Notes: generated by a model not told the origin, from the sequence alone. A DNA stretch of 52,440 bases from a virus (IMGVR_UViG_3300032069_000016:1-52440), one strand, 5' to 3'. Counted from the stretch's first letter, positions 1-10,116 are shown. Numbers and translations are program-made.

Positions 1-91
1 GGCGGTGCAGATAGCCCACGGATTATCTTGTTTTTCCACATCAATCATTTTGCAGATTGCTTCCTTTTCCGTCTTGGTTAATTCCGTTGCC
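1..91. repeat. Terminal direct repeat, copy 1 (assembly overlap of a circular genome)
   Basis: Identical to 52350-52440; an ORF continues in frame across the join. Confidence 0.97.
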
Positions 92-123
92 CGCTCTTTC
101 CAAAAGTTCTTAAAAGTTTTCAT
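1..123 (-). CDS. True N-terminus of the 499-aa head-region multidomain protein (continues at 52349 down to 50973)
   Basis: ATG at 123 gives MKTFKNFWKERATELTKTEKEAICK, in frame with MIDVEKQ of ORF 50973..52397. Confidence 0.9.
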   Translation of the reverse strand, partial: MKTFKNFWKERATELTKTEKEAICKMIDVEKQDNPWAICTA

Positions 124-205
124 AATTTTTGATATTAAAATTGAGTTATAATCCGACCATCACTCTAATTATACTGATATTTTATTAGTTTTGATGCGGA
201 CTTAA

Positions 206-252
206 TCTTCTCATTCCCCCGCACCGATAAGCGATACGGGGATATGGGAAGA
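206..252 (-). terminator. Stem-loop directly after the stop of 253..393
   Basis: TCTTCTCAT/ATGGGAAGA outer arms with an inner CCCCG/CGGGG stem; weak U-tract. Confidence 0.45.
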
Positions 253-393
253 CTATGCAACTGGTTCGGCAGAGGATTCGCCTTCTGCTGGTGCAGATTC
301 AGGAGCAACCTCTGCGGGAGCTTCGGCTACTTCTCCTTCTGGCTTAACTTCTTCTGGTTTTGCTTCTTCCTCTTTTTTTACTTCCTCGTCCAT
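253..393 (-). CDS. Small acidic Glu/Ala/Pro-rich protein (46 aa)
   Basis: ATG at 393 (MDEEVKK) preferred over the track start at 462; low complexity. Confidence 0.6.
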   Translation of the reverse strand: MDEEVKKEEEAKPEEVKPEGEVAEAPAEVAPESAPAEGESSAEPVA

Positions 394-512
394 TGTTTTG
401 CTCTTTACTGAATTGCCCGACCTTCGCCGAACAAAACAGAAAAGGATTATTGTTTTCGGCAATTACGACTCCAATTGCCGATTACCTTGTTTTTTTGATT
501 TCTGGGTCATAG

Positions 513-788
513 TTATAACGGATTCTCGCTGGCAAGATATAAAGTATATGAGTTATTATCCTCAATGTATTTTACATCTGCCCAAGTAATCGGCGAAATA
601 ATTTTGGCTTTGAAATCGGCGTAAAGCATATCAATTTCAAAAGATGTTTCAGCAACAATAATTGAATCTATCTTTTGAGCAATAGATTTGTAATTATTCA
701 CAAAATCCGCCTTGTTAGCGTCATTATTCGGGTCTGCTCCAATTACCTTGTTTACATCTTTATAAATTATGGTTTGATATAGATACAT
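513..788 (-). CDS. Hypothetical protein, possibly virion-associated
   Basis: 91-aa ORF tightly coupled to 793..2106. Confidence 0.7.
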   Translation of the reverse strand: MYLYQTIIYKDVNKVIGADPNNDANKADFVNNYKSIAQKIDSIIVAETSFEIDMLYADFKAKIISPITWADVKYIEDNNSYTLYLASENPL

Positions 789-792
789 ATTT

Positions 793-2106
793 TTATTCTT
801 CTACAAATCTTACTCCATAAGTAACAGTTATCCCGCTATTTTGTGGTTCTATCGTTACCAACATATTCTCGTTGGCCTCCAGATATCTGCCCAGATTATC
901 TATTAGCTCTCCAAAATGGTCGGTAGCAATCACGAATTTATCTATCAATGTTCCTCTTGCTGAAATTGTCGGATTATAATAAGCAGAACAAACAGATGAG
1001 GCAGATTGACTTGACCGAATCTTGTTTATTGTTAGTGCTGTGCCATTAGCAGTAATAGTCGGGTTTTTATAAATACGGAAATTAGAAAATGCAGAACCCG
1101 TTCCTTTAGTCATTGAAATTATTGATTCCCAAATCCTAACAAGTTTGCCTGAAGCGTTTGGATTCTTCAAAAGGAAGAAGTTGTTTTCGTCTGTATTGGC
1201 AATCGTAATGTCGCCAGTAATGACCGAGAATCCTTTGCCGTTATAAGTATCCGCTTGCCACAAATCACCGCCAGCGACAGCAACGGGAATTGCTGACTGG
1301 TCTGAAGCAATAGCAACAGGCGCAGAATCTGCCATTAACTTCTGCCCTAATGTATTCAACCTTGTGGATAAAGCGACATCAAGATTGTCCGTCTTGGCTT
1401 TGATAAGTAACTGGGTTGCCTCGGCATTCCTTGTTGAAAGGGCGACATCAAATTCTGAAAGAATTGAGTTTAATTTATCAAACAAATCTTTTAGTGTCCT
1501 GTTATCCGGTGATACTCCGGTGATTGCGTCCCGTAAAGCGGAAGTCGTTATATCAAGTTTGGCGAGAACTGACGCAAGGTTTCCACCTGATTCTTTGGCG
1601 TAATCAGTTGGCAGATTATTTACCTCAATTTCAGCAGGAAAATTAGAAACCTCTATTTCAGTCGGGAAATTTTCTACTTCGGTTTTTAAGTTATCATTAT
1701 TGAACTTAAATTTATCCAAATCATTCTTAATCCCAGCCAGATTACCGTCCTCTTTCGCTGGGTTTATCCTAACATCAGAACTATCTTTCAAACCGACAAC
1801 ATCCGCAGAACTCCCACCTGTTACTTTTAAGTTATCACCATCAAACTTAAACTTGTCCAAATCATTCTTAACATCTCCGAGAGTTTCTTCGGTTGCTGGG
1901 TCAATACGATTATCTCCTGAATCAAGAACGCCAACATTGCCAATGTCTATATGCTCAACCTCAATGGTGGCATCCACTTTAAGTCGCCCTTCGGGTGTGA
2001 ACTGCGGGTTAATCAAATTGCCTTCGGCATCCAAAATCCCGTTGGCTTCAATCTCCTTTACTACGGGATTGATTTTTTTTGTATCTAAACCGATTAGGTT
2101 TGGCAT
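793..2106 (-). CDS. Putative virion fibre/decoration protein with internal repeats
   Basis: Follows portal; repeats NDLDKFKFxxDNLK x2, EVxNFP x3, DVALSTR x2; beta-rich C-terminal domain. Confidence 0.6.
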   Translation of the reverse strand: MPNLIGLDTKKINPVVKEIEANGILDAEGNLINPQFTPEGRLKVDATIEVEHIDIGNVGVLDSGDNRIDPATEETLGDVKNDLDKFKFDGDNLKVTGGSSADVVGLKDSSDVRINPAKEDGNLAGIKNDLDKFKFNNDNLKTEVENFPTEIEVSNFPAEIEVNNLPTDYAKESGGNLASVLAKLDITTSALRDAITGVSPDNRTLKDLFDKLNSILSEFDVALSTRNAEATQLLIKAKTDNLDVALSTRLNTLGQKLMADSAPVAIASDQSAIPVAVAGGDLWQADTYNGKGFSVITGDITIANTDENNFFLLKNPNASGKLVRIWESIISMTKGTGSAFSNFRIYKNPTITANGTALTINKIRSSQSASSVCSAYYNPTISARGTLIDKFVIATDHFGELIDNLGRYLEANENMLVTIEPQNSGITVTYGVRFVEE

Positions 2107-2108
2107 TT

Positions 2109-4622
2109 TTAGACGCTATACTCTTTTACATAAACGAAATACTTTTTGCCAGTTATATCTTCCATTGTAACAATTCCGCCGTAGCCCTTCGGGTTCTTTT
2201 GAACGAACTCCACTAAAATCTTCTTGGCTTGCGGGAAGTCGTGGACAAAGGTTTTTTCCGTATATCCGTATTGCAGGAGCATAGCCGATGACTGGGCTTG
2301 AAACAGATTCTTAACGCTTTCCTTCAAATTAACATCCGTAATCAATTCGCCGAACATCACTGGGTTCTGCTCAAAGCTCTGCTCTGGGCTTAAAACTTTT
2401 GAATCCACAAATGAACCCTTGCTAAACGGATTCAATTTCTTGATTACCGATTTGATTCTTTCGGTAGCAGATTGTCCAGTCGTTAATTCCGAAAAGAATT
2501 TCTGCAAAGCTGGTATCGGACTTAATGCGTGGAAGACCGCATTCTTGGTATCGTCCCAACGCTTAAAATCTCCTGCGAACTGATAATCAATCCCATAAGC
2601 TCTTTTGCCCTCGGTAATAATATACTGGTCGGGTCGCCTATCGCCCAAGACCGCTTGCTTTTCCAGCTTCCAAAGTTTAGCCAAATCCTTAATTGCCTTC
2701 TTATAACTATCCGGGTCTCGCTTCATATCCTCAATCAACAGGGCATCTTTCAGGTTCCTGCCGTGAACATATTGGGCAACAAGATAACCAGGATATTTCC
2801 TTGACCCGCCGAACTTTGCCCTCCATCTCTCGGAATCATATTCGGGAGTCATATTTATCCAGTTGATAAACTCCTGCCTGACCCTGTCCGTCGGCAAAAT
2901 GTTTTTGAAAATGTCCACATAGGGCATCCACTTTACGGGTGCAACATTCGCTCCTGCCTTTTTCAAAGCCAAGGTTAATTCCTGTTCCAACGATTGGCTA
3001 TTAACATTAACGGCAACTGGCGGCTTGATGACAAAACCTTCATTCGTCTGGATTTTGTAAAATATGAACGGCTGGCTGTATCCTCTGTCGTCCAAATATG
3101 TCTTATAGCCATCGTCCGTATAGACCGACTTGTGGATTTCCCTCTCGGCTTCCTCGTTATAATTCACTTCCCCGCCGACTACCTTGTGTTCTGGCTCGGC
3201 TTCTTTCTTTGCCGTATCCACCGTTCCCAACGGGGTCTGAACTTTATCTGCCGTTGCGACTGGCGTGGCGATTATCGGAATATAACCGCTTGGGCTGAGA
3301 ACCATCGGCTTGTCAGCCCATTCCTCATACGGAGTTTCGCCCAGCTTATCCCTGACTTCGTTAAGCGTCATCGTGCCATTCTTGAGGGCTTGGTCGTAAA
3401 TGACCATCGCTTCTTTCGGGTCTGTCGTGTCTGGCTGAACCCAAGCAAATTCTATATCGGTATAGCCAAAGTCTTTCCAAATAATCTCTTGATTAAATAC
3501 CTCTTTGAGCAAATGCAGAACTGAACTGTATCCTTTGGCTTCGGATAATTGCTTCTGGGTTTCGGATATTGCCCTATTGAGGTCTTCGGTCAACCCTATA
3601 TCCTGTCCCGCTAATCCGTAAGCCGCCGCCATCAACTTGGCCATAAATGTCATATACTGCATAAACTCCATATCCTTGTTCGTGTTCGGCTTCAGCATTA
3701 TCGGCTTGATTTCTTTCGGGCCAGCCATAATTGCTGGTCTGTGAAAACTTGCCTGCAACTCGGCATACAGATTTTCTTTCAAAGCATTCAAATCCCTTTC
3801 GTTCATATTGCCGATTAACTGCAAAATAACTGGAGGCATAGAACCTTCTTCAAAATACGCTCCGTTATAGTTATCGGCATTAAGCAGATTGGCGACTACT
3901 GAAAGGACTGATTCCAAAGGCGACATCCCGTAACCGAACTTCTCCATCGCCCCCTGCGGGTGCATACAAAAATAGATAAAATCTTTCTTCGGCCAAGCGG
4001 CTATAATATCCCCCGATTCCGGGCCGCCATACTGGCTGTTATTCATTACCTGCAAATATGAAACGGGGAGCGTTCTCTCTCCTTCAATCGTGCCTAACGG
4101 GATTTCCACATCTTGGTTGCCATATTCATCAAAGACAGGTCTTATCGTGGCGGCATCAATATAATGGAGTTCTGCCAGTTTCCCATCTGGGTATCTTGTT
4201 TTCTCCAGCGAAACGGCATCCAAGACAAGCAAATCTTCAAGCATTTTGTCCAGCATTGTCCTGAATGTGTCGTTGCTCTTATTCGGGTGCTTGAAATGCT
4301 CTTTGACTTCTTCTACCTTTGCTTGGTCAACTTTGGCTAACGGGTTAATCGGCTGAATGTTCCATTCGGTCTTGGTAACCTTTTCTTTCAAAACATTGAT
4401 GCAGATTCTGGCAATGTGGACGGAATATGATGCCCTCCGCAGAACATCAAAAGAAATCCGCCCTGGCTTGCGGAGCCCTTTCTGCATCATATAGGCCAGC
4501 GTCTTCTTGTAGTCGTAGGCGAGTGCCCTCGTTGGCGAAGGATTTAACCCTCTTCCTACTTGCTTGCGGATATAGTCTCCGATTATATCCTTTTGAGGTC
4601 TGACAACTTGTTGTTTTGCCAT
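2109..4622 (-). CDS. Portal protein fused to a C-terminal HipA/PI3-4-kinase-like domain
   Basis: HK97-like portal motifs (YGMSPLE, YFEEGSMP, MTLNEVR) in aa 1-450; then VIKPP, VLGDRRPDQYII, AYGIDY kinase-like motifs. Confidence 0.85.
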   Translation of the reverse strand: MAKQQVVRPQKDIIGDYIRKQVGRGLNPSPTRALAYDYKKTLAYMMQKGLRKPGRISFDVLRRASYSVHIARICINVLKEKVTKTEWNIQPINPLAKVDQAKVEEVKEHFKHPNKSNDTFRTMLDKMLEDLLVLDAVSLEKTRYPDGKLAELHYIDAATIRPVFDEYGNQDVEIPLGTIEGERTLPVSYLQVMNNSQYGGPESGDIIAAWPKKDFIYFCMHPQGAMEKFGYGMSPLESVLSVVANLLNADNYNGAYFEEGSMPPVILQLIGNMNERDLNALKENLYAELQASFHRPAIMAGPKEIKPIMLKPNTNKDMEFMQYMTFMAKLMAAAYGLAGQDIGLTEDLNRAISETQKQLSEAKGYSSVLHLLKEVFNQEIIWKDFGYTDIEFAWVQPDTTDPKEAMVIYDQALKNGTMTLNEVRDKLGETPYEEWADKPMVLSPSGYIPIIATPVATADKVQTPLGTVDTAKKEAEPEHKVVGGEVNYNEEAEREIHKSVYTDDGYKTYLDDRGYSQPFIFYKIQTNEGFVIKPPVAVNVNSQSLEQELTLALKKAGANVAPVKWMPYVDIFKNILPTDRVRQEFINWINMTPEYDSERWRAKFGGSRKYPGYLVAQYVHGRNLKDALLIEDMKRDPDSYKKAIKDLAKLWKLEKQAVLGDRRPDQYIITEGKRAYGIDYQFAGDFKRWDDTKNAVFHALSPIPALQKFFSELTTGQSATERIKSVIKKLNPFSKGSFVDSKVLSPEQSFEQNPVMFGELITDVNLKESVKNLFQAQSSAMLLQYGYTEKTFVHDFPQAKKILVEFVQKNPKGYGGIVTMEDITGKKYFVYVKEYSV

Positions 4623-4647
4623 ATCACTATAATTATATTGTTTTTCG

Positions 4648-4980
4648 TCAAGAATTGATTAGCTTCAGGGCATTCTTGCGGAGCTTACTGCTCAAACGGT
4701 AATACCAATACCTGTCTTTGAAGTTCATAATCTTCGTAATCTCCTTTGAATTAAAACCTAAATGCCTTAAAACCATCAGTTCAACTTCCAAAGCGCTTAA
4801 CCGCGAAATGATAAATTCAATGTCAGAAAAATCCCCGATGATTTCTGTCGGCTCTTCGGGAGTTTCAACCACATTTTCCAAAGGCACATACTGAACCACT
4901 TTATGGTCATACCAAAGAATCGGGTCGTAAAGATATTTCCCGTTGACTTTTACTAAATACTTTTGAGGTATTGTTCTCAT
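4648..4980 (-). CDS. HTH protein resembling sigma region 4
   Basis: LSALEVELMVLRHLGFNSKEITKIM pattern; start moved to MRTIPQKY. Confidence 0.55.
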   Translation of the reverse strand: MRTIPQKYLVKVNGKYLYDPILWYDHKVVQYVPLENVVETPEEPTEIIGDFSDIEFIISRLSALEVELMVLRHLGFNSKEITKIMNFKDRYWYYRLSSKLRKNALKLINS

Positions 4981-4991
4981 TTTACTTCTTC

Positions 4992-5543
4992 TCATTTTAC
5001 TTCTCGTGTCTGTTTGCCCCATTGTTTCAAGAGGTTCTCCGTCCATTCTTGAAACCATTCCAAGTAGGCGACTACATCTGTATTGCTCTTGGCAATTATG
5101 GACACGGCAAAGCTATCAACTAAAAGTTTCCGAATACCCTTGATTGCGTCTTTCTGGTGCAGAAATCTGAAATCATATTCCTTTGTCTGAACGGTAATGT
5201 GGATTTTTTGATTTATTACGCTTTCTTCTTCCCTTAACGCCTTAACAACAAACTTAAAGAACTCCGTTATATTATTCAGAAGCCCATCGCTCTTATGCTC
5301 GTGTTCCCACTCCCTCGCCAAATCATAAAGTATTCTGCGAGACCCGTTTATCGTCCACGGGTAAGGCAGATAAGCGGGAATGCCGGGCAACATCGGCGCT
5401 CCTTTCGTCTGCATTATCGTGTCAACGGCGCTTTTCTCTTTCGGCAGGATTATCTTCCTTTCCGCTAAAAGCTCGCGGGCAAATTTCCCTGCTTCCAATA
5501 ATTGCTTTCGTGGCGGCCTTCTTTTCTTCATAGAGGTCGTCAT
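4992..5543 (-). CDS. Hypothetical protein
   Basis: 183-aa ORF with overlapping start/stop coupling. Confidence 0.7.
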   Translation of the reverse strand: MTTSMKKRRPPRKQLLEAGKFARELLAERKIILPKEKSAVDTIMQTKGAPMLPGIPAYLPYPWTINGSRRILYDLAREWEHEHKSDGLLNNITEFFKFVVKALREEESVINQKIHITVQTKEYDFRFLHQKDAIKGIRKLLVDSFAVSIIAKSNTDVVAYLEWFQEWTENLLKQWGKQTREVK

Positions 5544-5935
5544 ACTTGTCTTTTCTCTTTAGCTCCGTGCGACTCAAATAACGGGTCGCCTGGTGGAATC
5601 ATTACTTGTGCCATCCCTGGCGGAATAATAGGTCTCCTTATTGGCGGCGGAGCATCAGGGAGTTTTAGCCCCGCTGGGAATGGCGTGGCGGAAACGACTG
5701 CTGGCCTTGCGAACCTTTCATTGATGTCGCATTTCTTGCCCTTCACAATTCTGATAGTAATAACCTCCGATTCTTCAATCGTATGGAAGCCGTGGCAAAC
5801 TTCGCAGGAAATCATTTCCCTTTTATCAAGTTTGTTTATTAGTCCTTGTGGTTGCATATTGTTTTTTGTCTCGTGCCATAACTTCATCAAATTCCTTGTC
5901 AAAAATTGAAAAAATCTTTCCATTCTTGTCCACAT
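5540..5935 (-). CDS. Hypothetical protein with CxxC and Pro-rich tail (true start probably internal)
   Basis: CEVCH motif; 5' part overlaps 5826..6494. Confidence 0.55.
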   Translation of the reverse strand: MWTRMERFFQFLTRNLMKLWHETKNNMQPQGLINKLDKREMISCEVCHGFHTIEESEVITIRIVKGKKCDINERFARPAVVSATPFPAGLKLPDAPPPIRRPIIPPGMAQVMIPPGDPLFESHGAKEKRQV

Positions 5936-6494
5936 AAATTCCGTATCCTTTTTCCCTTAATCTATTTTCCGTTGTCTTCTGAACCCCTTTGATGAGCAAA
6001 TCGGCTCCATCTTTGAATCTTTGAGATAGCCGTTCCATTGTGGTTAACAATGAATATGTTTTCATCTCTTTGGCTATCCCGTTCCCAATATCCATAAAAA
6101 GCTGGGCGATAATGTTCACCACTTGCTCAAAATCAAATCTCATCTGCGATTTGAATACTCTCGTTTCTTTCGTGAGTTGCCCTTTGCTCTGGAACAGCTC
6201 GGCCAAGAATGAAGCGGATTCCAAACCTCGCTGAAACAAATACTGGGTAAGGACGGAATCTTTCTGCTCTTGGGAAAACTTGGCATTAGTCAATGCCCGA
6301 ACCAATTTCTTTTCAGTTGTCCCTTCGCGGTCTATAACAACCAATGCTTTCTTACTGGTCAGCGGATTCCTAATCACTGCTTTCTCTCTCTTTGGAGTTT
6401 TAATCTGCTTGGCCTTAACATAGTCCGAATGGTCTTCGGCGAAAACCGCCTCAACTGCTCCTGATAGAATTGATTTTTTAGCTACCTGTTTCAT
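5826..6494 (-). CDS. Hypothetical protein
   Basis: 222-aa ORF in operon. Confidence 0.7.
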   Translation of the reverse strand: MKQVAKKSILSGAVEAVFAEDHSDYVKAKQIKTPKREKAVIRNPLTSKKALVVIDREGTTEKKLVRALTNAKFSQEQKDSVLTQYLFQRGLESASFLAELFQSKGQLTKETRVFKSQMRFDFEQVVNIIAQLFMDIGNGIAKEMKTYSLLTTMERLSQRFKDGADLLIKGVQKTTENRLREKGYGIYVDKNGKIFSIFDKEFDEVMARDKKQYATTRTNKQT

Positions 6495-6666
6495 ATGGTT
6501 TTCTGATTAAACCCGCCGAGCTGTCAAACCAAGCGTGATGACGGCCTGCGGTGATTTTTACAAGCCGATAAATCGTAACTCCGCTCCACTTTGGAGTTAA
6601 AACCTTCCTCGTCCTGTGGAATACTCTCTTGAAAAACTCCCAAAGTTTTCTAAAAAGTTCCCTCAT
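6478..6666 (-). CDS. Small hypothetical protein
   Basis: 62 aa, ATGA coupling to the upstream gene. Confidence 0.5.
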   Translation of the reverse strand: MRELFRKLWEFFKRVFHRTRKVLTPKWSGVTIYRLVKITAGRHHAWFDSSAGLIRKPYETGS

Positions 6667-7454
6667 TTGAATTCAGCCCCTTCGGGCAAGAATCTCCACT
6701 TGCTAAAAAAGTATTTCTTATCGGCTTCAAAATCATCAATATCTTCCAGAAGCGACCAGTCCAAATCAAACCCATATACGGGAATGAACTGACTGCTGAT
6801 AACTTCAAAACCTTTGGCATACATCTCTTGCCAGAAATCCCTTGCGAGAAAATAATGGGTCTTGTAATTCTTATCCAAGTTGATTATCTCGGCGAGCTGT
6901 CTGGTCAGCCCCATTAAATCTAAATTGAGGTCTCTTTCCTCTTTGGGCAAATCAAACTTATACTTATCAAACTCTGACGCTTCAATCTGCCCTTTGGTCT
7001 CGTAGCCCGAAACGATGCCGACATCTCCTCTATTGACTCTCTCCAGCAACTGGTCAATCGTATCCTCCCTAATGAGTATCCACGGATTATAGAGAATCAA
7101 AAAACGGGCATCCGTCTCTTGCAAAGCGGTTTCAAGGCCCGTCATCACATACTCGGCGTAAGTCGCAAAAGGCGGCGGTTCAACTGGTATTGCGTTCCCG
7201 CCGACAAACCTGCCCATCACTATGTCCCATACCTCTTTGGGCATCCTGTCTGGTTCGCCGACAAAAATGAAATATGCCTTATGCTTCTTTGTCCCCAATC
7301 TTGACAAGGTAACTTGCAGAACCTCTGGGGTCAGCTGTTCGGTCGGCGTATCTTTCCAGTATCCATAAAGCGGAATTATTATCGCCACCTTTGACTGGGA
7401 CTGCAAATACGAATCTACGGTCTGCTCAACTTTTTTTTGTTCTTCTTCTGCCAT
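6663..7454 (-). CDS. GT-A fold (GT2-like) glycosyltransferase, divergent
   Basis: KVAIIIPLY start, VGIVSG, C-terminal YFFSKW typical of GT2; DxD not conserved. Confidence 0.6.
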   Translation of the reverse strand: MAEEEQKKVEQTVDSYLQSQSKVAIIIPLYGYWKDTPTEQLTPEVLQVTLSRLGTKKHKAYFIFVGEPDRMPKEVWDIVMGRFVGGNAIPVEPPPFATYAEYVMTGLETALQETDARFLILYNPWILIREDTIDQLLERVNRGDVGIVSGYETKGQIEASEFDKYKFDLPKEERDLNLDLMGLTRQLAEIINLDKNYKTHYFLARDFWQEMYAKGFEVISSQFIPVYGFDLDWSLLEDIDDFEADKKYFFSKWRFLPEGAEFK

Positions 7455-7493
7455 AAATTGAATTATAAAGCAATCTTTATGCTTTTCAAACGA

Positions 7494-9281
7494 TTACCTT
7501 CTCCAAACACGGCTACTGGCGGTGAATAAACTTCTCTCATATTCACTCTCCATCTGTTGGGCTATGTCCGCTTTCTTCTCTTCCACCTTCCTGACATTCG
7601 GGTCGTGAACATTGACTTCCTGCTTCTGAATGCTCAAGACATTGGGAACGCTATACTGGTCATTGGTCAAATCTCTTATCTCGCTGAAAGCGAACCAAAG
7701 AGCCATTAAGCTGTCCCCAGTGTGTCCTTCTGGCCAATTCCTCATCTCATTTACCAACTGGGAACATAACTCTACGGTCTTTGCATCATTCAAATCATAC
7801 GGGATAATCAGTTTCCCCAATTCCAACAGAATAGCCAAACTATTCACGCCTATATCCGGGTCAAACTTTTCTCCTCCCGTGTGGTAGCCTCTGACATTGT
7901 CCAGCCCGCAGATGTCGGCCAAGTCCCTGACCATCGCTTCCTGATAAGCAACTGATTCAACTCTGATGCCCAACGGCCTGACTTTGATGTTATGTTCCTG
8001 AACCATCTTTCTGACATCATTAGGGCTTTTCTTTCCCCTGTTGATGTTTCGGATAATGTAATCGCCCGGCTGAATTACTCCGTTACCGACCTTCACCCTG
8101 TCTAAGGTGAACAAACAGGTATCATCAGCCGTTTCTTTTTCCGATATAGCAAGGTCTAATCCCGAGGCGGTAACCTCCATAATCAATCCCTGCCTCGGTT
8201 CATCTTGTAGGCGCAAATCTCTGCCTCTTACTTTCGCCTTGTCCAGCCATTCCTCTTTGAATTTCTGGTTCGGATTAGCACTCGGGTCGCATTGATACAT
8301 TCTGGCAAAAGCATACGAATTAGCTAACCTCTTTAGATACAGCGAGCCGTAATCGTGCCTCTCTGGCCATAATACTTTTACCCCTTCATCCATCAAAGTT
8401 TTGTTTGCTTCATAGAACTCGCTGGTCAATCTTAATCTTTCCTTCAAATCAACCGACTCATTCAATCTGAAACTTGCCCATTTCTGCCATAACTCTTTGT
8501 TCTTCGGCTCGGATATTATCGCTCCAAGTTTTTTCTTGTAATCAATCTGCGGGTCTTTAAGCAAATGGGAAACCAAATCATCGGCGTGCCAAGTGTTCCC
8601 CAGATAAATGAACCTGCCCTCTGGATTCAAGACGGGCATAACGGTCGTATAAACCCAATCAATGATTTTCTTCCTCTGGTCTTCCGTCTCCGAGTTCTGC
8701 TGATTAACCACATCGTCCATTATGATAATGTCCGCCCTCTTTGACAGAATTGAACCGAACAATCCAACGGCATTTATTGTCGGGTCTTTTATCACAAGAG
8801 CTTCCCTTTCAATCGTGATGGCGCTTCCAGCCCATTTCTCGTCTCTCTTTGTTCTCTTGCCCTGTTTCGGGACTACTCCTCTCGGGTTCATTGCCCTTGC
8901 CCACATCTGGTATCTTGGATTACCTTCTATATGATTCAGAATTTCCCTCAAAAACGAACTGGCTATTGAGGCCGTTGAGGATACGAGCAGGATTCTTAAA
9001 TTATGGTTTTTGGCGATTTCCCAAAGCGGGTAAGCTATTGAAAGGTGCGTTGACTTCCCGTGGTCTCTGGCGACCGCTATGCAGATTCTCTTGTAAAGCG
9101 GGTCTGACAAAATATCGTCAATTTCATTATGGAATGGCGCGTTCTCCAATCCAATAACTTCCTCAATAAAAACACTCAATCTTTTGGCAATGAGTTGAAA
9201 GGTGCGTTTGCAATCGGTATCAGTAAGCGAATTTTCCGTGATATTTTCCAATGTTTTGATAATATGCTTGGATTGCATCAA
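7494..9281 (-). CDS. terL: Terminase large subunit
   Basis: Walker A ARDHGKST, Walker B IIIMDD, motif III LGNTW, nuclease GLDLA ... HTGDSLMALWFA. Confidence 0.95.
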   Translation of the reverse strand: MMQSKHIIKTLENITENSLTDTDCKRTFQLIAKRLSVFIEEVIGLENAPFHNEIDDILSDPLYKRICIAVARDHGKSTHLSIAYPLWEIAKNHNLRILLVSSTASIASSFLREILNHIEGNPRYQMWARAMNPRGVVPKQGKRTKRDEKWAGSAITIEREALVIKDPTINAVGLFGSILSKRADIIIMDDVVNQQNSETEDQRKKIIDWVYTTVMPVLNPEGRFIYLGNTWHADDLVSHLLKDPQIDYKKKLGAIISEPKNKELWQKWASFRLNESVDLKERLRLTSEFYEANKTLMDEGVKVLWPERHDYGSLYLKRLANSYAFARMYQCDPSANPNQKFKEEWLDKAKVRGRDLRLQDEPRQGLIMEVTASGLDLAISEKETADDTCLFTLDRVKVGNGVIQPGDYIIRNINRGKKSPNDVRKMVQEHNIKVRPLGIRVESVAYQEAMVRDLADICGLDNVRGYHTGGEKFDPDIGVNSLAILLELGKLIIPYDLNDAKTVELCSQLVNEMRNWPEGHTGDSLMALWFAFSEIRDLTNDQYSVPNVLSIQKQEVNVHDPNVRKVEEKKADIAQQMESEYERSLFTASSRVWRR

Positions 9282-9330
9282 TCTTTAGTTTAAACCATCC
9301 GATTCGGCATTATCAACTAAAACATACCTA

Positions 9331-9828
9331 TTATGAGGTAGGTTGATTTTCTTCATTTTTCTTTTCTAATTCCAAGAGTTGCTTTGTTCTTGGACGCAAT
9401 TGCCCCCATAATTGAAAATTGATGAAACCTTCTGGCGGGGGCTCTCCTTGATTAAGCAATCCTGCTTCAATCATTTTCTCAATAAAGACGGCACCCGAAC
9501 TTCTTAACTCCCTCAAAGCAATCAGCTTCTCCATCGTGGTCGTCTTCGGGTCTAAAACGATAGCCCATAGCTTTTCTTTAATCGCCGAGGTTTCAGAGCC
9601 GAATTCGCTCAATAGTTTCTTTGCCGTTATCCTGCTTATTTCTTCCGCTACCGAACCTCTGGCCTTTCTAAGCAATCTGCCGATATAGTTCTTGTCCAAA
9701 TGAAGTGGGGCTTCTCTTGATTGCTGTAATACTCTCTGGATTTCCAAAATACTGATTCTGGGCTTAACTACTACCAAACTTCTTATTCTCTCTATGTATT
9801 CTTTTTCTTGTTCTTTTGAATAAGGCAT
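9331..9828 (-). CDS. terS: Putative terminase small subunit
   Basis: Immediately upstream of terL; N-terminal HTH-like helices; suitable size. Confidence 0.6.
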   Translation of the reverse strand: MPYSKEQEKEYIERIRSLVVVKPRISILEIQRVLQQSREAPLHLDKNYIGRLLRKARGSVAEEISRITAKKLLSEFGSETSAIKEKLWAIVLDPKTTTMEKLIALRELRSSGAVFIEKMIEAGLLNQGEPPPEGFINFQLWGQLRPRTKQLLELEKKNEENQPTS

Positions 9829-10078
9829 ATGCAAAATAGGAGTTCATATCTGCTTTTATCTTTAACTCTTAACGTAACAAAATTCAATAATTCTTTTATT
9901 TCCTCGCCTGCCATAATCTTGTTACTCTCTTTCTTAACTTGGGATTTGCCCAAGTTCTTATATTGGATTGGCGTATTTTTTCTCTGGTTTCTTTTGTCAT
10001 AATTTTAGTATAGACCATTATCCACTCAACGACAAGAAAATTATCTTTTGCCACGCTGTTTCCCCATAAACTAATAAA

Positions 10079-10116
10079 CTAAAAACCCATTATGCGAGAT
10101 AATAATGGGTTTTTAG
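10079..10116 (-). terminator. Intrinsic terminator-like hairpin
   Basis: 15-bp perfect inverted repeat CTAAAAACCCATTAT/ATAATGGGTTTTTAG after the stop at 10127. Confidence 0.7.

Noticed and set aside
1-91. Biological terminal repeat
   Set aside because: It lies mid-gene and has a length typical of an assembler overlap
7494-9281. Intein or intron in terL
   Set aside because: Motif spacing is normal; no intein splice motifs or endonuclease insert seen
9896-10000. 34-codon NUMOD3-like ORF (MTKETREKIRQS...) as a sign of a fourth intron
   Set aside because: No group I core elements nearby; at most a small gene or endonuclease remnant
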